Part shown: positions 63,680-64,000 of the stretch, piece by piece
Layout of the letters: every line of letters starts with the position of its first letter
Position numbering within the stretch: position 1 is the stretch's first letter
Source of the DNA: the human T2T-CHM13v2.0 reference genome, Homo sapiens
Strand: one strand, 5' to 3'
DNA: 64,000 nt
Assembly: GCF_009914755.1 (NCBI RefSeq)
Contig: NC_060942.1
Notes under the pieces: model-generated
What the model was told of the DNA's origin: nothing
What the model saw: only the letters and a program-made list of their open reading frames with translations
Database searches by the model: none
Position numbers and translations under genes: made by a program

Positions 63680-64000
63680 TGTCTTAGACTGGGTTTTCCC
63701 AGAAGCAGACTTTGAGACTGGGACTTGAGTTTGTGTAATTTATTGGAAAGGTGATCCAGAAAGCACTGCTGAGGGAGTGGGGACAGTGAGTCAGGAAAAA
63801 GGGGAAGCCAGCACAGGTACAGTAATGAGCAGAGTCCTAGAGAGGGCAGTTGAGGCTGAGACTCACTAAGGCCTTCTGGGAAATGGCACAGAACATGCCT
63901 CTGAGTTGTCCATCCTGAGGGGTGAGAAGGTGAGTTATTTGTACTCTAATTCCTATTGACTATAGGTTGATGACTACTCCTGGGATTGCCATTTTCCTGG
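63680..64000 (-). mobile_element. Old MLT1 LTR, truncated by the window end
   Basis: TGTCTTAGACTGGGTTTTCCCAGAAGCAGAC...TAATTTATTGGAAAGGTGATCC. Confidence 0.6.

Overview
Primate (almost certainly human) genomic DNA. Bases 1-~2100 are a CpG island holding the first coding exon (331-1075, minus strand), 5' UTR and promoter of MEX3C, an RNA-binding KH/RING E3 ligase. The remaining ~62 kb is repeat-dense upstream sequence with no other credible protein-coding gene. It contains over 35 Alu copies or fragments, L1/L2/MIR relics, MaLR and ERVL solo LTRs, hAT DNA transposons, and one complete but decayed ERV-L provirus (30435-37495) with both LTRs, PBS, PPT and a perfect 5-bp target-site duplication (TSD). 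I found no convincing new multi-gene system. The least-explained signals are two local copy-paste duplications (one direct, one inverted) within about 4 kb, a 66-bp unidentified retro-insertion with TSDs, two AUG uORFs in the MEX3C leader, a zero-spacer Alu-in-Alu inversion beside the promoter, and a short poly-Ala allele. Repeat subfamily names come from recalled consensus sequences, and most repeat boundaries are approximate.
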